A stretch of 64,000 nt of DNA from an uncultured bacterium (GCA_949474265.1 CASXBC010000002.1:48926-112925), one strand, 5' to 3'. Shown: positions 20,385-31,301, counted from the first letter of the stretch. Notes: generated from the sequence alone by a model not told the origin. Numbers and translations are program-made.

Positions 20385-22181
20385 TTGAAGTCTATTTTGG
20401 GAGGAGAATTGGAAAACAAAGGCGTAACAGCTAGTTGGCTTACCGAACTTAAAAGAAAAAACGAGCTTGCAACCATTGCTTCAAGCTATCTTCATTTGGA
20501 GCAAAAGGGAAGAAGATTTTGGGCTTGCTGTCCTTTTCATAATGAGAAAACACCATCATTTTCAATTAATAATGATGATGGTATATATTATTGTTTTGGT
20601 TGTAAGGAATCGGGTGATGTCATAAAGTTTGTTCAAAAGTTGGAAAATGTAGACTTTATGGATGCGGTTAAAATTTTGGCAGACAAAGTTGGCATGGAAA
20701 TTCCTGAGTTTCAGACTTCAGATAAGAGAAAAGAAGGTCAAAAGAAAAAAGAAAGACTGCTTTCTGTTTTGGATTATTCTTACAAACACTATATGGACAA
20801 CCTGTACGGCAAAGATGCCAAGGTTGCACAAGATTATATTAAAAGCAGAAAATTTACCAGAAGAGAGCTTGAGGATTTTAAAATTGGCTTTTCAAAAGAT
20901 TGGAATGACCTTGTAAATTATCTCAAATCAAAAGGTTTTTCTGATGATGAAATGCTTGAAGCTGGCGTTTGTGCAAAGAAAAATAATCATCTTTTTGATG
21001 TGCTTGCTGGCAGACTTATCTTTCCGATTTTCAATGCTTTTAATGAATGTATTGGTTTTTCTGCAAGAGCACTTGAAAAAACAGATTTCGCAAAGTATAA
21101 AAATACTGCTGAGACAGCTGTTTTTCAAAAAGGAAAAGTTGTTTTTGGAATAAACCTTTTGAAAGCACAAAAGCAACAGCAACTTGTCAAAAATGTCATT
21201 CTTGTTGAGGGGCAAATGGATGTCATTGCAATGCACAAGGGTGGCTTTAAGTCGGCAGTTGCTTGCATGGGTACAGCGCTTACAAAAGACCATATCAGCG
21301 AATTAAAGCGTTATAGCGACCAAATTTTGCTTTGTTTTGATGGTGACAGTGCTGGTGTTAAAGCAACCGTCAGAGCAATAGATATGTGGAGAGAAGAAAA
21401 TGTCAATCTGAAAGTTGTAAAACTTTCAGGAGGCAAGGACCCAGATGAAATTTTAAATACGCTTGGAAAAGAAAAGTTGCAAGAAATGATTGACAATGCA
21501 ATCCCTTATATGCAGTACTTAATAGATTATCACAAATCAAGATACAATCTTGAAAGTCCAGAAGAAAAAGGCAAATTTGTAAAAGATGTGCTTGCAGAGA
21601 TTAAAAAACTTGGAAGCCCAACCCTTTATGAGCCTTATTTGGAAATCATTAGAGACCTTTCAAAGATTCCACTTGATGTGCTGAGAAGAGATATCAACAG
21701 CAGTGAAGCAAAAACAAAATTTGTTTTTAAAGAAACCTCTGTTGTTCAAACTGCAAATTCAAGTGTGGATGAGAAAGCACAAAAATATATTTTGTCTTGT
21801 CTTTTGCACAAAAGGGAAATTGTTGATAAGAGATTGGATTATGGCAGGATTCTTGAAGGTTATGAAAAATATTTGGAAATAATAAATAAAAACATGCCAC
21901 TCTCATCAATTTTCGATATTGATGGAGCGAGTGAAGATGCGTACTTAATGGAACTTGTAAATTTCAATTTTGCTGAGTTTGAAAAAGATGAAGAGAGATA
22001 TTTCAAAGAGTGCATTTGGAGAATTGCTGAGCAAAGGCTTAAGAAGTTTCAAGCTGAGTACAACGAAAAATACCGTAGTTGCGAGGACCTTGAGCAGAGG
22101 GCTGAGATTGCAAGAAAACTTGGCAAACTTGCTTTGCAACTGAAGAATAAGAGTTTGGAGGAATTTTATGTCAGAAGATAA
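20385..22181 (+). CDS. dnaG: DNA primase DnaG (start uncertain; a TTG at 20409 after GGGAGGAG is an alternative)
   Basis: Zinc finger [13 protein letters not shown]...[27 protein letters not shown] and CFDGDSAG. Confidence 0.9.
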   Translation: MKSILGGELENKGVTASWLTELKRKNELATIASSYLHLEQKGRRFWACCPFHNEKTPSFSINNDDGIYYCFGCKESGDVIKFVQKLENVDFMDAVKILADKVGMEIPEFQTSDKRKEGQKKKERLLSVLDYSYKHYMDNLYGKDAKVAQDYIKSRKFTRRELEDFKIGFSKDWNDLVNYLKSKGFSDDEMLEAGVCAKKNNHLFDVLAGRLIFPIFNAFNECIGFSARALEKTDFAKYKNTAETAVFQKGKVVFGINLLKAQKQQQLVKNVILVEGQMDVIAMHKGGFKSAVACMGTALTKDHISELKRYSDQILLCFDGDSAGVKATVRAIDMWREENVNLKVVKLSGGKDPDEILNTLGKEKLQEMIDNAIPYMQYLIDYHKSRYNLESPEEKGKFVKDVLAEIKKLGSPTLYEPYLEIIRDLSKIPLDVLRRDINSSEAKTKFVFKETSVVQTANSSVDEKAQKYILSCLLHKREIVDKRLDYGRILEGYEKYLEIINKNMPLSSIFDIDGASEDAYLMELVNFNFAEFEKDEERYFKECIWRIAEQRLKKFQAEYNEKYRSCEDLEQRAEIARKLGKLALQLKNKSLEEFYVRR

Positions 22182-23241
22182 AGAAGAATTAGCAAAAATA
22201 AAGTTGATGCACGACAAGTTGCAAGCACTCGCAATGAAGAAAGGGTCTATCAATGAAGAAGATGTTTATTTTGCACTTCAGAAAGTGGGGGACAATGCTA
22301 AAAATGTTGAAAAGTTTTTGGCAGTTTTGCAAAAGAGAGGCATCAAAATCATCAGAGCAAATGAAGAGGATTTGTATAAAGACAACTTTTCAGACCTTGT
22401 TATGTCAGTGAGCGTGGATGACCCTGTTAAGATGTATCTGAAGGATATTGGAAAAGTTCCTCTTCTCACAAGCGAAGAAGAAAAAGAGATTGCAAAAAAA
22501 GTTATGCAAGGTGACGAATATGCAAAAAAGAAGCTTTGCGAATCAAACCTTCGTCTTGTTGTCAGTGTAGCTAAAAAATATGTTGGAAAGACATCAATGT
22601 CTTTCTTGGATTTGATTCAAGAGGGAAATATGGGACTTTTGCGTGCAGTTGACAAATTTGACTATACCAAAGGTTTCAAATTTTCTACCTATGCGACTTG
22701 GTGGATAAGACAAGCTATCACTCGTGCCATGGCAGACCAATCAAGAACAATCCGTATTCCTGTGCACATGGTGGAGACAATCAACAAGTATGTCAAAGTT
22801 TCAAGAAGTTTGATGCAAAAACTTGGAAGAGAGGCTACAATTGAAGAGATTGCAAAAGAGATGGATTTGACTGTTGCAAAAGTTATGGAAATTCAAAGGA
22901 CTGCTCAAGACCCAATTTCTCTTGAAACACCAATGGGTGAAGAAGATGATGGAAAGATGGCAGATGTAATTGTGGACGAGACAGCAAAATCTCCTATTGA
23001 AAGTGCAACTCAAACACTTCTTCGTGAGCAACTGCTTGCAGTTATTGACACCCTTACTCCAAGAGAACAAGAAGTTATCAGACAAAGATATGGGCTTTTG
23101 GACGGAAAACAGAAAACTTTGGAAGAAGTTGGAAAGGAGTTTTCTGTCACAAGAGAACGTATCAGACAGATTGAGGCAAAAGCTCTCAGAAAGCTTAAAA
23201 ATCCAAACAGAAGCAAAAGACTTATTGATTTTGTGGAATAA
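22168..23241 (+). CDS. rpoD: Primary RNA polymerase sigma factor (sigma-70/SigA)
   Basis: 357 aa. Region 2 [27 protein letters not shown]; region 4 [16 protein letters not shown]. Follows dnaG. Confidence 0.95.
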   Translation: MSEDKEELAKIKLMHDKLQALAMKKGSINEEDVYFALQKVGDNAKNVEKFLAVLQKRGIKIIRANEEDLYKDNFSDLVMSVSVDDPVKMYLKDIGKVPLLTSEEEKEIAKKVMQGDEYAKKKLCESNLRLVVSVAKKYVGKTSMSFLDLIQEGNMGLLRAVDKFDYTKGFKFSTYATWWIRQAITRAMADQSRTIRIPVHMVETINKYVKVSRSLMQKLGREATIEEIAKEMDLTVAKVMEIQRTAQDPISLETPMGEEDDGKMADVIVDETAKSPIESATQTLLREQLLAVIDTLTPREQEVIRQRYGLLDGKQKTLEEVGKEFSVTRERIRQIEAKALRKLKNPNRSKRLIDFVE

Positions 23242-23286
23242 GTCAAGTTTTGGCTTTGGATAAATAAATATAAATGGAGAAAAAGT

Positions 23287-23988
23287 ATGAATATAGAAAG
23301 TTTATTGAAATATCAAAAGGCTGATGAAGAGCTTTATAGAGTTGAACAAAAAATCTCAAACAGTCCTTACAAAAAGAAAGCGAATGAGCTTGCACAACTC
23401 GCTAAAAAAGCACAAACTCGTTCAACCGAGCTTGAAAATGAGGCGGAGAGACTTATTGCAGAGATTTCTGATATAAAAGAAAAATACAACTTTAATAAGT
23501 CAAAATCAGATGAGATGCTTGAGAAGAACATTGAAGATTTAAGTGTTGAGGACCTTGACAAACTCAACGCCTTGAAGTCTAAGTTGTTGTCAAATCTCAA
23601 TATTTTGGAAAAGATGCTTCAAAAAAGTGCAGAAAGCATAAATCATATCTTGTCAGAGTTTAACAAAACAAAAAAACTTTATGATGATGCAAAGACAAAA
23701 TATGGTCAGTGTAAAGAAAAGATTGATGAAGAATCAAAAGTTTTAGAGCCAGAAAAAGAGAAAATTAGAAAAAGTCTTGTAGCTCTTGAAAAAGAAGTTG
23801 AGCCTTCTCTTATGGCAGAGTATAAGAAAAAGAGAAATGACAATATTTTTCCGGTTATTGTTCCTCTTGAAAACAACAATTTCTGTGGAAGATGCAGAAT
23901 GGAACTTCCAAAGGTTGCAATCTCAAGAATCAAAGATACAGGCGTCATTACTTGTGAGCATTGTAAAAGATTTGTCTATAAAAAATAA
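23287..23988 (+). CDS. Coiled-coil protein with C-terminal C4 zinc ribbon (COG1579-like)
   Basis: 233 aa. Long heptad-rich region, then FCGRCRMEL...ITCEHCKRF. Confidence 0.7.
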   Translation: MNIESLLKYQKADEELYRVEQKISNSPYKKKANELAQLAKKAQTRSTELENEAERLIAEISDIKEKYNFNKSKSDEMLEKNIEDLSVEDLDKLNALKSKLLSNLNILEKMLQKSAESINHILSEFNKTKKLYDDAKTKYGQCKEKIDEESKVLEPEKEKIRKSLVALEKEVEPSLMAEYKKKRNDNIFPVIVPLENNNFCGRCRMELPKVAISRIKDTGVITCEHCKRFVYKK

Positions 23989-23996
23989 TAAAAAAC

Positions 23997-24020
23997 ACCT
24001 CCCAATTTGGAGGTTTTTTT
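23997..24020 (+). terminator. Rho-independent terminator
   Basis: ACCTCC-N6-GGAGGT followed by T7. Confidence 0.8.
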
Positions 24021-24079
24021 GTTTTTCTTGTCAGCTTAAAATAAAAAAATCCATGTCGAAAAAAAGTTAAAATTGGGTA

Positions 24080-24108
24080 TTGACAAGTGCCATAAAGTCT
24101 TGTATAAT
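24080..24108 (+). promoter_or_regulatory. Near-consensus SigA promoter TTGACA-17-TATAAT with TG extension
   Basis: TTGACA 24080-24085, TGTATAAT 24101-24108. Confidence 0.65.
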
Positions 24109-24163
24109 GCATATATCAAACATAAGAAATCTGTTTGGAAAAACAGAAAAAGGAGAAAAATAT

Positions 24164-24736
24164 ATGACTAGAAATTCAGTGGGTTTAAAAACAAAAAAAC
24201 CTGGTTTGAAAGAAGAAAAGAAGGCAGTTAAACTTGCATCAACTGAACCAGCAGCACAACGTTTGGACTACGTTACTAAGCTTGAAAAAAATGGAAGCGG
24301 AGTTCCAAGTAAGCCAAAGTATAATGGTGAAAAGCTTTTGAGAACTGTTGCGGCAGAACATTCTGCGAAAAAAGTAGAAAGAACAGTTGAACTTTTGCGT
24401 CAAAATGGTTACGAAGCAGATGCAAATAGTATTGCAACTAGACAAGCAAAAAAGCATGAAAAGGTTGTTTATACTAAAGGCGAAAAGAAAAGCATTTTGA
24501 GAAAGAGAAATGAGCAAAGACAAATTGTTGCTGTACAAGAAGCTTTTGATAGAGAAGTTGAAGAGACTTGGGGACAAGAGAGAGGTGAATTTGCCACTCT
24601 TGCAGACAAAGAACTTTTTGAAAAGAGGTCTGCTGCTGCAAAGAAAGGTGCAGAAACAAAAAAAGCAAATCAAAGAGCTAGTGATTATGCTTACGAACAA
24701 TGGTATCTTTCAACAAATGAGGGAAAGGGGAAATAA
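24164..24736 (+). CDS. Lys/Glu-rich hypothetical protein
   Basis: About 190 aa from MTRNSVGLKTKK. RBS AAAGGAGAAAAATATATG. The upstream part of the track ORF overlaps the promoter. Confidence 0.65.
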   Translation: MTRNSVGLKTKKPGLKEEKKAVKLASTEPAAQRLDYVTKLEKNGSGVPSKPKYNGEKLLRTVAAEHSAKKVERTVELLRQNGYEADANSIATRQAKKHEKVVYTKGEKKSILRKRNEQRQIVAVQEAFDREVEETWGQERGEFATLADKELFEKRSAAAKKGAETKKANQRASDYAYEQWYLSTNEGKGK

Positions 24737-24740
24737 TTAA

Positions 24741-24768
24741 AAAGACTTCAAATTGAAGTCTTTTTTTT
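24741..24768. terminator. Bidirectional terminator between convergent genes
   Basis: AAGACTTCA-N3-TGAAGTCTT flanked by A- and T-runs. Confidence 0.8.
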
Positions 24769-25909
24769 ACGTTCTGTTTTGGTGTTTAATGAGTGTTTTT
24801 ATGGCAAGCACGAGGCGTTCGATTTCTTGGTAGGTGTTGAAGTAGGACATTGATACTCTGACGGCACCTGTATCAAGTGTGCCAAGAGATTTGTGTTTAA
24901 GTGGGGCACAGTGAAGTCCACTTCTTGTGCAAATATTCCACTTTTCATCAAGGTAATTTGCAATGTCATTTGACAAAATGCCAGGGATGTTAAAGGCTAA
25001 GACGCCAGAGGTGTTTTCTGTTTTTGTGTAAACGGTTACTCCAAGTTTTGAAAGCTCATAATGAAGATATATTGTCAAATCCTCTAGTTTTGTGTGGATG
25101 AAATTAAAGTTTTCTTCAACAAATTTTATTCCTTCACCAAAGCCTAAGATTGCAGGAGTGTTTAAGGTGCCTGCTTCAAGATGCTCTGGAAGGTTTTGTG
25201 GCATGATTGGGTCAAGGGAGTTGATTCCAGAGCCACCAAATCTGATTGGATTTATTTCAAAATCTCCATTTATTGCCAAAACTCCAACGCCTTGTGGAGA
25301 GTAAAATCCTTTGTGTGGAGCAAGTGCCAAAAGGTTTATTCCCATTTTTTGCATGTCATAGATGAAATGTCCACCACCTTGAGCACCATCAACCAAAAAC
25401 AAAATACCTCTTTCTTTACATTCTTTTCCTATTGCTTCAATATCTGCAATGTCTCCATTAACATTTGAGATGTGATTGCAAGCTACAAGATAAGTGTTTG
25501 GCAAAAGTTCTTTCTCAATATCTTTCCAAGTTATTCCAAGCCTGCCTGATTGCTCTGCGACTGAATATGAAAAGCTTTCATCAATTTGTTTTAAATGTTC
25601 AAGTGGACGGCGAGTGGAGTTGTGTTCATTGACAGTGCAAATCACATGTCCGCCTTTTTTGTGGGTGCCAAGGATTGCCATATTTAGTGCATCTGTACAG
25701 TTTAGTGTAAAAACGATTTTGTCAGAACTTGTGCCGACATGATTTGCAACAAGTTCTCTTGTTTTTTCAACTTCTAGTGCAGTTTTAATTGCCTGTTTGT
25801 GACCACTTCTTCCAGGGTTTGCAGAGAAGTTGTTGAGTGCGTTTAAAACGGCTTTTTGGACATTTTTTGGCTTTATCAAGCTTGATGCTGAGTTGTCTAG
25901 ATATATCAT
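24767..25909 (-). CDS. Class V aminotransferase-fold cysteine desulfurase family protein
   Basis: 380 aa. IYLDNSASS, APHKGFYSPQGVGVL (PLP Lys), SGLHCAPL (Cys loop). Confidence 0.85.
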   Translation of the reverse strand: MIYLDNSASSLIKPKNVQKAVLNALNNFSANPGRSGHKQAIKTALEVEKTRELVANHVGTSSDKIVFTLNCTDALNMAILGTHKKGGHVICTVNEHNSTRRPLEHLKQIDESFSYSVAEQSGRLGITWKDIEKELLPNTYLVACNHISNVNGDIADIEAIGKECKERGILFLVDGAQGGGHFIYDMQKMGINLLALAPHKGFYSPQGVGVLAINGDFEINPIRFGGSGINSLDPIMPQNLPEHLEAGTLNTPAILGFGEGIKFVEENFNFIHTKLEDLTIYLHYELSKLGVTVYTKTENTSGVLAFNIPGILSNDIANYLDEKWNICTRSGLHCAPLKHKSLGTLDTGAVRVSMSYFNTYQEIERLVLAIKTLIKHQNRT

Positions 25910-26021
25910 AATTCACCTACTTTTGCTTTTTAAATTTTTTTTCACTTTGCTTTGTGTTGTCAATCTTTTTATATTTATAATATAATATTTTAGGGGAGAT
26001 TTTGTGCATAAGGAGTGAGAT

Positions 26022-26306
26022 ATGAATTATACTTTGGCAGTTTTTAAGTCTCGCTTTGCAACTTTAAATTTTGCTAATCTGCTCAGAGCAAACAATGTGC
26101 CTGTTGCGATAATAAATACCCCTTCTCAAATTGGAAGTGCTTGCGGAATTTCTGTAAAGTTTTTAAGCGATTATTATTCAAAAGTCCAAACAATAATAGC
26201 TACAAAGGGAGGACTTAACAATTTTGTTGGTTTCTACTCTTATGGAGACAACAGTGGGAGAGTTATGATGCTTAAAGTTTGCGAGGATTCAAGATTTTTC
26301 CATTAA
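26022..26306 (+). CDS. DUF3343-like small protein (putative S/Se carrier-associated)
   Basis: 94 aa. AVFKSRFATLNFANLLRANNVPVAIINTPSQIGSACGISVKF pattern. Divergent from the cysteine desulfurase. Confidence 0.55.
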   Translation: MNYTLAVFKSRFATLNFANLLRANNVPVAIINTPSQIGSACGISVKFLSDYYSKVQTIIATKGGLNNFVGFYSYGDNSGRVMMLKVCEDSRFFH

Positions 26307-26356
26307 ACAATCAACATGCAGAGCATATATTTGTTCATTTTTCATAAAATAGCGTT

Positions 26357-26893
26357 ATGAAATGGTTTTTGTCTTTCTTTTTCGCTTCGGCTTTTTTGTT
26401 TTTGCTAGTTTTTGGGGTAAATTGCTGCTATGGAATAATATTTCCGCAAAAATACTCCGCAGAGGTTTCTTCTGCAAGTGAAAGATTTGATGTTGATAAA
26501 GCTATTATTTACTCTGTAATAAATATTGAAAGTCATTTTGACAAGAATGCTCTTTCAAACAAAGGTGCGGTCGGACTTATGCAAATTATGCCAAGCACGG
26601 CAGAAGAGCTGGCTAAGGAGCTTGATATTGAGGATTATGATTTGAAAAATCCTCATCACAATATTTTGATTGGCACTTATTATATAAATAAGCTTTGTAA
26701 AAAATTTGAGAACCTTGAAACTGCGCTGTGTGCTTATAATGCAGGCCCTGCAAATGTTAGTTTGTGGCTGAAGGATGAGCAAAAAAGTCTGGATGGTAAG
26801 ACTTTACAAAATATTCCATTCTTACAAACAAAAAACTATGTGGAAAAATTTGCAAAAAATTTCAAATATTATTCTCATAAAATAAAAAATTAA
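26357..26893 (+). CDS. Lytic transglycosylase (SLT domain), membrane-anchored or secreted
   Basis: N-terminal hydrophobic segment. IESHFDKNALSNKGAVGLMQIMPSTA and AYNAGPANV. Confidence 0.88.
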   Translation: MKWFLSFFFASAFLFLLVFGVNCCYGIIFPQKYSAEVSSASERFDVDKAIIYSVINIESHFDKNALSNKGAVGLMQIMPSTAEELAKELDIEDYDLKNPHHNILIGTYYINKLCKKFENLETALCAYNAGPANVSLWLKDEQKSLDGKTLQNIPFLQTKNYVEKFAKNFKYYSHKIKN

Positions 26894-26918
26894 GAAGAGC
26901 GTAAGGCTCTTCTTTTTC
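26892..26918 (+). terminator. Rho-independent terminator
   Basis: GAAGAGC-N5-GCTCTTC followed by TTTTT. Confidence 0.8.
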
Positions 26919-27054
26919 TTTCGATTGTGCTTAGGTTTTTCAATATTTTTAAATAAAAAATATAAAAAATACTTTTGTAAAATTTTGTAAAAATGTTTGC
27001 CAAAAATGTCGAAATATGATATATTGTTAACAGTAAACTAAGAGGGGAGTTTTT

Positions 27055-27450
27055 ATGCAAAAAAACAGTGAAATTGAAAAGATAGTAAAGCTTGCACTTA
27101 TCAGACTTGGTATAAAATGTGATTTGGTTGGATTTGCTTATTTGGCTAGAGCAATAGAGTATGTTATTGAGACTCCATCTAAACTATATAATTTAGCAAA
27201 GCTATTTGGAGAGGTTGCGGAGGATTATGAAGTACGAAATCCATTTAGGGTTGAGGCTAATATTCAAAATGCTATCACTCAAGCCTACAACACCAAAGGG
27301 CTTCAAGGTATAAATGATATGTATAAGATGGAAGTTTTTGATGAAAAGTACAAGCCAACAACGGCAGAAGTGATAAATCTTATAGTTGAGTATTACAATC
27401 TGGGGCTTTACAAAAATGTAGACACAAGTTTCAGTAGAGCAGTAAAGTAA
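27055..27450 (+). CDS. Stand-alone Spo0A C-terminal-like DNA-binding domain protein
   Basis: 131 aa. LGIKCDLVGFAYLARAIEYVI...LFGEVAEDYEV..FRVEANIQNAITQAYN matches the Spo0A_C helix pattern. No receiver domain. Confidence 0.65.
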   Translation: MQKNSEIEKIVKLALIRLGIKCDLVGFAYLARAIEYVIETPSKLYNLAKLFGEVAEDYEVRNPFRVEANIQNAITQAYNTKGLQGINDMYKMEVFDEKYKPTTAEVINLIVEYYNLGLYKNVDTSFSRAVK

Positions 27451-27502
27451 AAAGTAAAGATTTGCTTTTTACTTTTTCATTACATGCTTTTGTCTGTTGC
27501 TT

Positions 27503-28114
27503 TTATATTTTTGTTTTTGAGATTATGCTTTGCAAAATCTTTCCGTACTTAATTATCGGAATTTCATTTATAATAACTAAAAAGTTATCTATAGTTAAAT
27601 CAACATCGCAAGAAGTTTCTTGTGCGATTTTGATGGCAGTTATACGGCTTAATTTCTGGTTGAACAAATCTAGGCAGGCTTGCGCATTTATTTTCACAAC
27701 ACCCAATACCTCATTTGTATCAAATGAGTATGCTTGAAAATTGGAGTCAATTAAATTCATATAAACATTTGCAAAGGCTTTATCAATAAATGGTTCGCCA
27801 TATTTTATTTTTTCCATTCGCCAAACATTAATTTCAATTAACTCAGAGTGTGAAATGTCGACAGGGACTCCGATTTCTTCTAAAACTTCTCTATGAAAAG
27901 CTTCTTTGACTGTTTCTCCAGCAAAAATATGTCCAGAAGCTGTTGTGTAAAGTTTTTGCGAATCACTGCGAATTTGAAAATAAACATTGCCTTTAGAATC
28001 ATAAAGCCAACAATGTATTGTTTTGTGCCAAAAACCAATATCTCTTTCTTCATTTCCAAGATAGTTCATATTTTCGTCATAAAAATCCAATCTTTCCATA
28101 GACATAATATACAT
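27503..28114 (-). CDS. NUDIX hydrolase
   Basis: Nudix box GHIFAGETVKEAFHREVLEEIGV. Confidence 0.85.
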   Translation of the reverse strand: MYIMSMERLDFYDENMNYLGNEERDIGFWHKTIHCWLYDSKGNVYFQIRSDSQKLYTTASGHIFAGETVKEAFHREVLEEIGVPVDISHSELIEINVWRMEKIKYGEPFIDKAFANVYMNLIDSNFQAYSFDTNEVLGVVKINAQACLDLFNQKLSRITAIKIAQETSCDVDLTIDNFLVIINEIPIIKYGKILQSIISKTKI

Positions 28115-28240
28115 GAAAATATGTAAAATAATTTTAAATAAAAATGCGTTTCTTTGATTCGTTAAAATAATATTGGGGGCAAATTTTTACATAACACTAA
28201 GTAAGAGATGGAATTTAAACTTTTAATATATGTTTGAGAA

Positions 28241-28270
28241 ATAAAAATTACCAATCATGATATTGATTGG
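28241..28270 (-). terminator. Displaced terminator of the tRNA operon (now separated from it by island 2)
   Basis: CCAATCA-N6-TGATTGG. On the minus strand it is followed by TAATTTTTAT. Lies about 30 nt beyond the tRNA-Lys 3' remnant. Confidence 0.55.
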
Positions 28271-28301
28271 CATTTTTAGATTTCAACTACAATTTGGTAG
28301 T

Positions 28302-28322
28302 TGGTGGCTCGCCCGGGATTCG
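28302..28322. repeat. attL: 21-bp copy of the tRNA-Lys 3' end (TGGTGGCTCGCCCGGGATTCG)
   Basis: Identical 21-mer at 41397-41417, where it forms the 3' end of an intact tRNA-Lys. Confidence 0.85.
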
Positions 28323-28468
28323 CTTTTGAGCAGGATGCGAAAATGAGCACGCACGCTTAAAGAGTTCGCTCACAGCCGGGACAAGGCTCCGGGTTCATCT
28401 TGCCAAAATGGCAAGAGGCAAATAAAATTTGCCAAATCCCGAACAAATATGAATAAAAAAGAACGCTA

Positions 28469-29974
28469 TTAGCGTTCTAAAGTTATGGTGGAGCATTGTG
28501 TTTTGTGTAAGAACTCGTTAACAGCTTGCTCTCTATGTTCCTTTGCCTGTTTAAAGGTAAACTTTTTATTTCTTTCAAACAAGTCAAAGTAAATGTTTAT
28601 GTAGTCATCAAATACATAAATGCTGTTTACAAAAGTATTTATGATGGTCTCTTTAAACTTTTCTGTCTTTGGCTGGTCAATGAAAACTTGCAAATATTCA
28701 ACAATGTCTTGCTTTGAGTGATGTATGCTTAAGGCTATTTTTATTTTTTTAACCTGCTCGCTGTAAGTTGCTTGTTGCTCAGAAAGGTCATCTGCTTGCT
28801 TGTTAAGACGTGAAATAATATTGTCGTTTGTGCTTTTCATTATTTGCTGAGTTATTTTGTCAAACTTCTTCTCAATCTCTTCAAGTTGCTTTTCAAGAGA
28901 TACAAGTTCAGAATTGTTTATTTCATTTTTATAAGACTCTAAAATTCCATCTGCAATTGTGTTGATGTTGTCTTTTTGCAAAACCATATCAAAAATAAAA
29001 TTGAAAACATCTTCTTCAAGTTGTTGCTTGTTTTCATTTGACTTGTTGCAGGTATGTTTCTTATATCTCTCTTGACATGAATAGTAAGAGTGAGTTTTGC
29101 CTGTGTGGCTTGTTCCTGAAGTGCCAACCATGCTTGCTCCACAATGACCACAATACAGCTTGCCAGAAAGTAAAAACTTCTCCTTTGCTTTGTTTGAAAA
29201 TCTTTTGTTCTTTTTTAACATATCTTGTACCTTTTCAAATGTTACTTTATCAATTATCGCTGGATAGTAGTCGTTGTTCTCTACAAAAGAGTTTTTATAA
29301 AGACCAATATATTTTTGATTTGATAAATTGTATTGAAGACTATGAAGAGTAAATTTTTGCCCCTTATTTGTCCGATAGCCCATTTCATTGAGTTGTTTTA
29401 CAATTTCATTCATGCTTGTGCCTTTAGCATATTCACTAAAGAAAAATCTTACTGCAGGAGCCTGTTCTTCGTTGATTTTGATTTTCTTGTCAACTACCTT
29501 ATAGCCATATAAAATATTGCCACCTGTAAAATTGCCCTTTAATATATTCTCTCTCATTCCTCTTGTGACTTTTTGGCTCAAGTCTTTTGAATACATCTCA
29601 GCAAACATCTCAAGCAAGCCTTCCATCAAGACACCTTCTGGGGTGTTGCTTATCACTTCAGTTGCTGAAATCACTCTCACACCGTTTTGCTGAAGCTTGT
29701 GTTTGTATATTGCGTTGTCATACTTACTTCTGCTAAATCTATCCAGCTTGTAGACCAAAACATATTCAAATTGCTTTTTAGCACTATCAGCAATCATTCT
29801 TTGAAACTCTGGGCGGTCGGCATTTGTGCCTGTCATGGCACGGTCAATGTATTCATGAATGATTTTATATCCTTTTCTTTCGGCATATTCACGACACACA
29901 CGCAGTTGACCTTCAATGCTTTGTTCTGTTTGTGCTGATGAAGAATACCTGGCATAAATAACAATATTTGTCAT
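28469..29974 (-). CDS. Large serine recombinase (integrase of island 2)
   Basis: 501 aa. MTNIVIYARYSSSAQTEQSIEGQ, canonical YKLDRFSRSKY, Cys-rich LYCGHCG...YYSC zinc-ribbon-like region. Confidence 0.92.
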   Translation of the reverse strand: MTNIVIYARYSSSAQTEQSIEGQLRVCREYAERKGYKIIHEYIDRAMTGTNADRPEFQRMIADSAKKQFEYVLVYKLDRFSRSKYDNAIYKHKLQQNGVRVISATEVISNTPEGVLMEGLLEMFAEMYSKDLSQKVTRGMRENILKGNFTGGNILYGYKVVDKKIKINEEQAPAVRFFFSEYAKGTSMNEIVKQLNEMGYRTNKGQKFTLHSLQYNLSNQKYIGLYKNSFVENNDYYPAIIDKVTFEKVQDMLKKNKRFSNKAKEKFLLSGKLYCGHCGASMVGTSGTSHTGKTHSYYSCQERYKKHTCNKSNENKQQLEEDVFNFIFDMVLQKDNINTIADGILESYKNEINNSELVSLEKQLEEIEKKFDKITQQIMKSTNDNIISRLNKQADDLSEQQATYSEQVKKIKIALSIHHSKQDIVEYLQVFIDQPKTEKFKETIINTFVNSIYVFDDYINIYFDLFERNKKFTFKQAKEHREQAVNEFLHKTQCSTITLER

Positions 29975-29977
29975 ATT

Positions 29978-30610
29978 TCATCCCTTGTTGATGTTATAAG
30001 CGGTTTGTATTGTGACATTTACATGAATAGGTGAAGTATCTGAATAATAATCAGAGTTTATCATAAAATCGTATTCAGTTTTACAGTTGCTTTTTGTATA
30101 AAAGCGAAGCGTGTTATCAACTTCTTTAGTATAACAAGTAAATGTTTTCGAATAAGAGTTTCTAGAAAGTTTACCATCTCGCCATTCTTTAGTTACAAAA
30201 GAAATATATAATTTAACTTTTCCAACATTTGTATCGATTAAGTGGTCATTTTCATTTTTCTGTGTGTCTTTGTATGTAGATGTTAGAGTGTTCCCTTCTG
30301 TTGTGTTTTTAGCAATTACATACTCAAAGAATTTATGAGAGTCGTTTGTGAGATGAATTACATAAGCAGAAAAGTAAAAAGGTTTATAATTTGCATGACT
30401 TATATCTTTATCAACAGAAATTGATGTGCTATATATCTTGTTTAATTGAAGATTTTGTTTTTGCTTATTTGTATGATACATTATTGTAAATGACATAAAA
30501 GTCAAAAACAATACAGCAAAAATTAAAGCAAAAAGGTATTTTAATTTATACTTTTTGAGAACTGCTTTTAAGTTTTCAAATCGAGATGTATTTTTATTTT
30601 CTTCTTCCAT
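29978..30610 (-). CDS. Membrane-anchored hypothetical protein (moron or exclusion-type position)
   Basis: 210 aa. Single TM YLFALIFAVLFLTFMSFTIMY. Stop lies 3 nt before the integrase ATG. Confidence 0.65.
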   Translation of the reverse strand: MEEENKNTSRFENLKAVLKKYKLKYLFALIFAVLFLTFMSFTIMYHTNKQKQNLQLNKIYSTSISVDKDISHANYKPFYFSAYVIHLTNDSHKFFEYVIAKNTTEGNTLTSTYKDTQKNENDHLIDTNVGKVKLYISFVTKEWRDGKLSRNSYSKTFTCYTKEVDNTLRFYTKSNCKTEYDFMINSDYYSDTSPIHVNVTIQTAYNINKG

Positions 30611-30642
30611 TATTTATTTCTCCTTTGAGTTAATAATTTTTA

Positions 30643-31254
30643 TTAGTGTTTTTTGTTTCTTTGAATGAATTTTTTAAGCTGTTTCAAAAGTTTTTGCTCA
30701 AGTGGGTTTGTGTAAAACTGATTTCTGTCTTTTATTTCGTTGTAGCGCTTCATGCGAAATATTGCTGCATCGATACTGACATCACAAAGCAAAGCGAGTT
30801 CTTCTGCTGTTTCGATGTTCAGCTCTTTGATAAGTAACATTGGCATAAGCACTCTTGCTGAAAACATGTTCGCTTCTTTCTCAAGTTTTGTGCCTTTGTA
30901 TGTTTTGTGCAGCACAATGTGTCCAATTTCATGACATATAGTAAATCGATTACGCCAGCGGTCATTGTTTTGGTTATAACAGATGACATACGACCCTTCC
31001 ATTATCTCAGTGAAACCATCGGGGTATTGTTCTATCAGTTTTTCTTGCTTTATGCCATGCACTTGGCTATATTTGTTGTAACTCCATATTTGCCAATTAT
31101 TGTTTTTGGCAATCTTGCGAAGGTCTAAAGGATAACTTTTGACCTTGTTTTTTATTAAAAACTCCCACGCATTGTTTCTGACAGCATAGTAGTTGACATC
31201 GTATGTGGGCGGGTTGTGATTTGGTTTTTCAATAATGACATTTTCTTTTTCCAT
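30643..31254 (-). CDS. ImmA/IrrE-family metallopeptidase
   Basis: 203 aa. HEXXH motif in FTICHEIGHIVLH. Adjacent to the XRE repressor. Confidence 0.85.
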   Translation of the reverse strand: MEKENVIIEKPNHNPPTYDVNYYAVRNNAWEFLIKNKVKSYPLDLRKIAKNNNWQIWSYNKYSQVHGIKQEKLIEQYPDGFTEIMEGSYVICYNQNNDRWRNRFTICHEIGHIVLHKTYKGTKLEKEANMFSARVLMPMLLIKELNIETAEELALLCDVSIDAAIFRMKRYNEIKDRNQFYTNPLEQKLLKQLKKFIQRNKKH

Positions 31255-31301
31255 GAAAATATTATGTCATAGATTGTGAAAGAATATTTAAATATTGAAA
31301 A

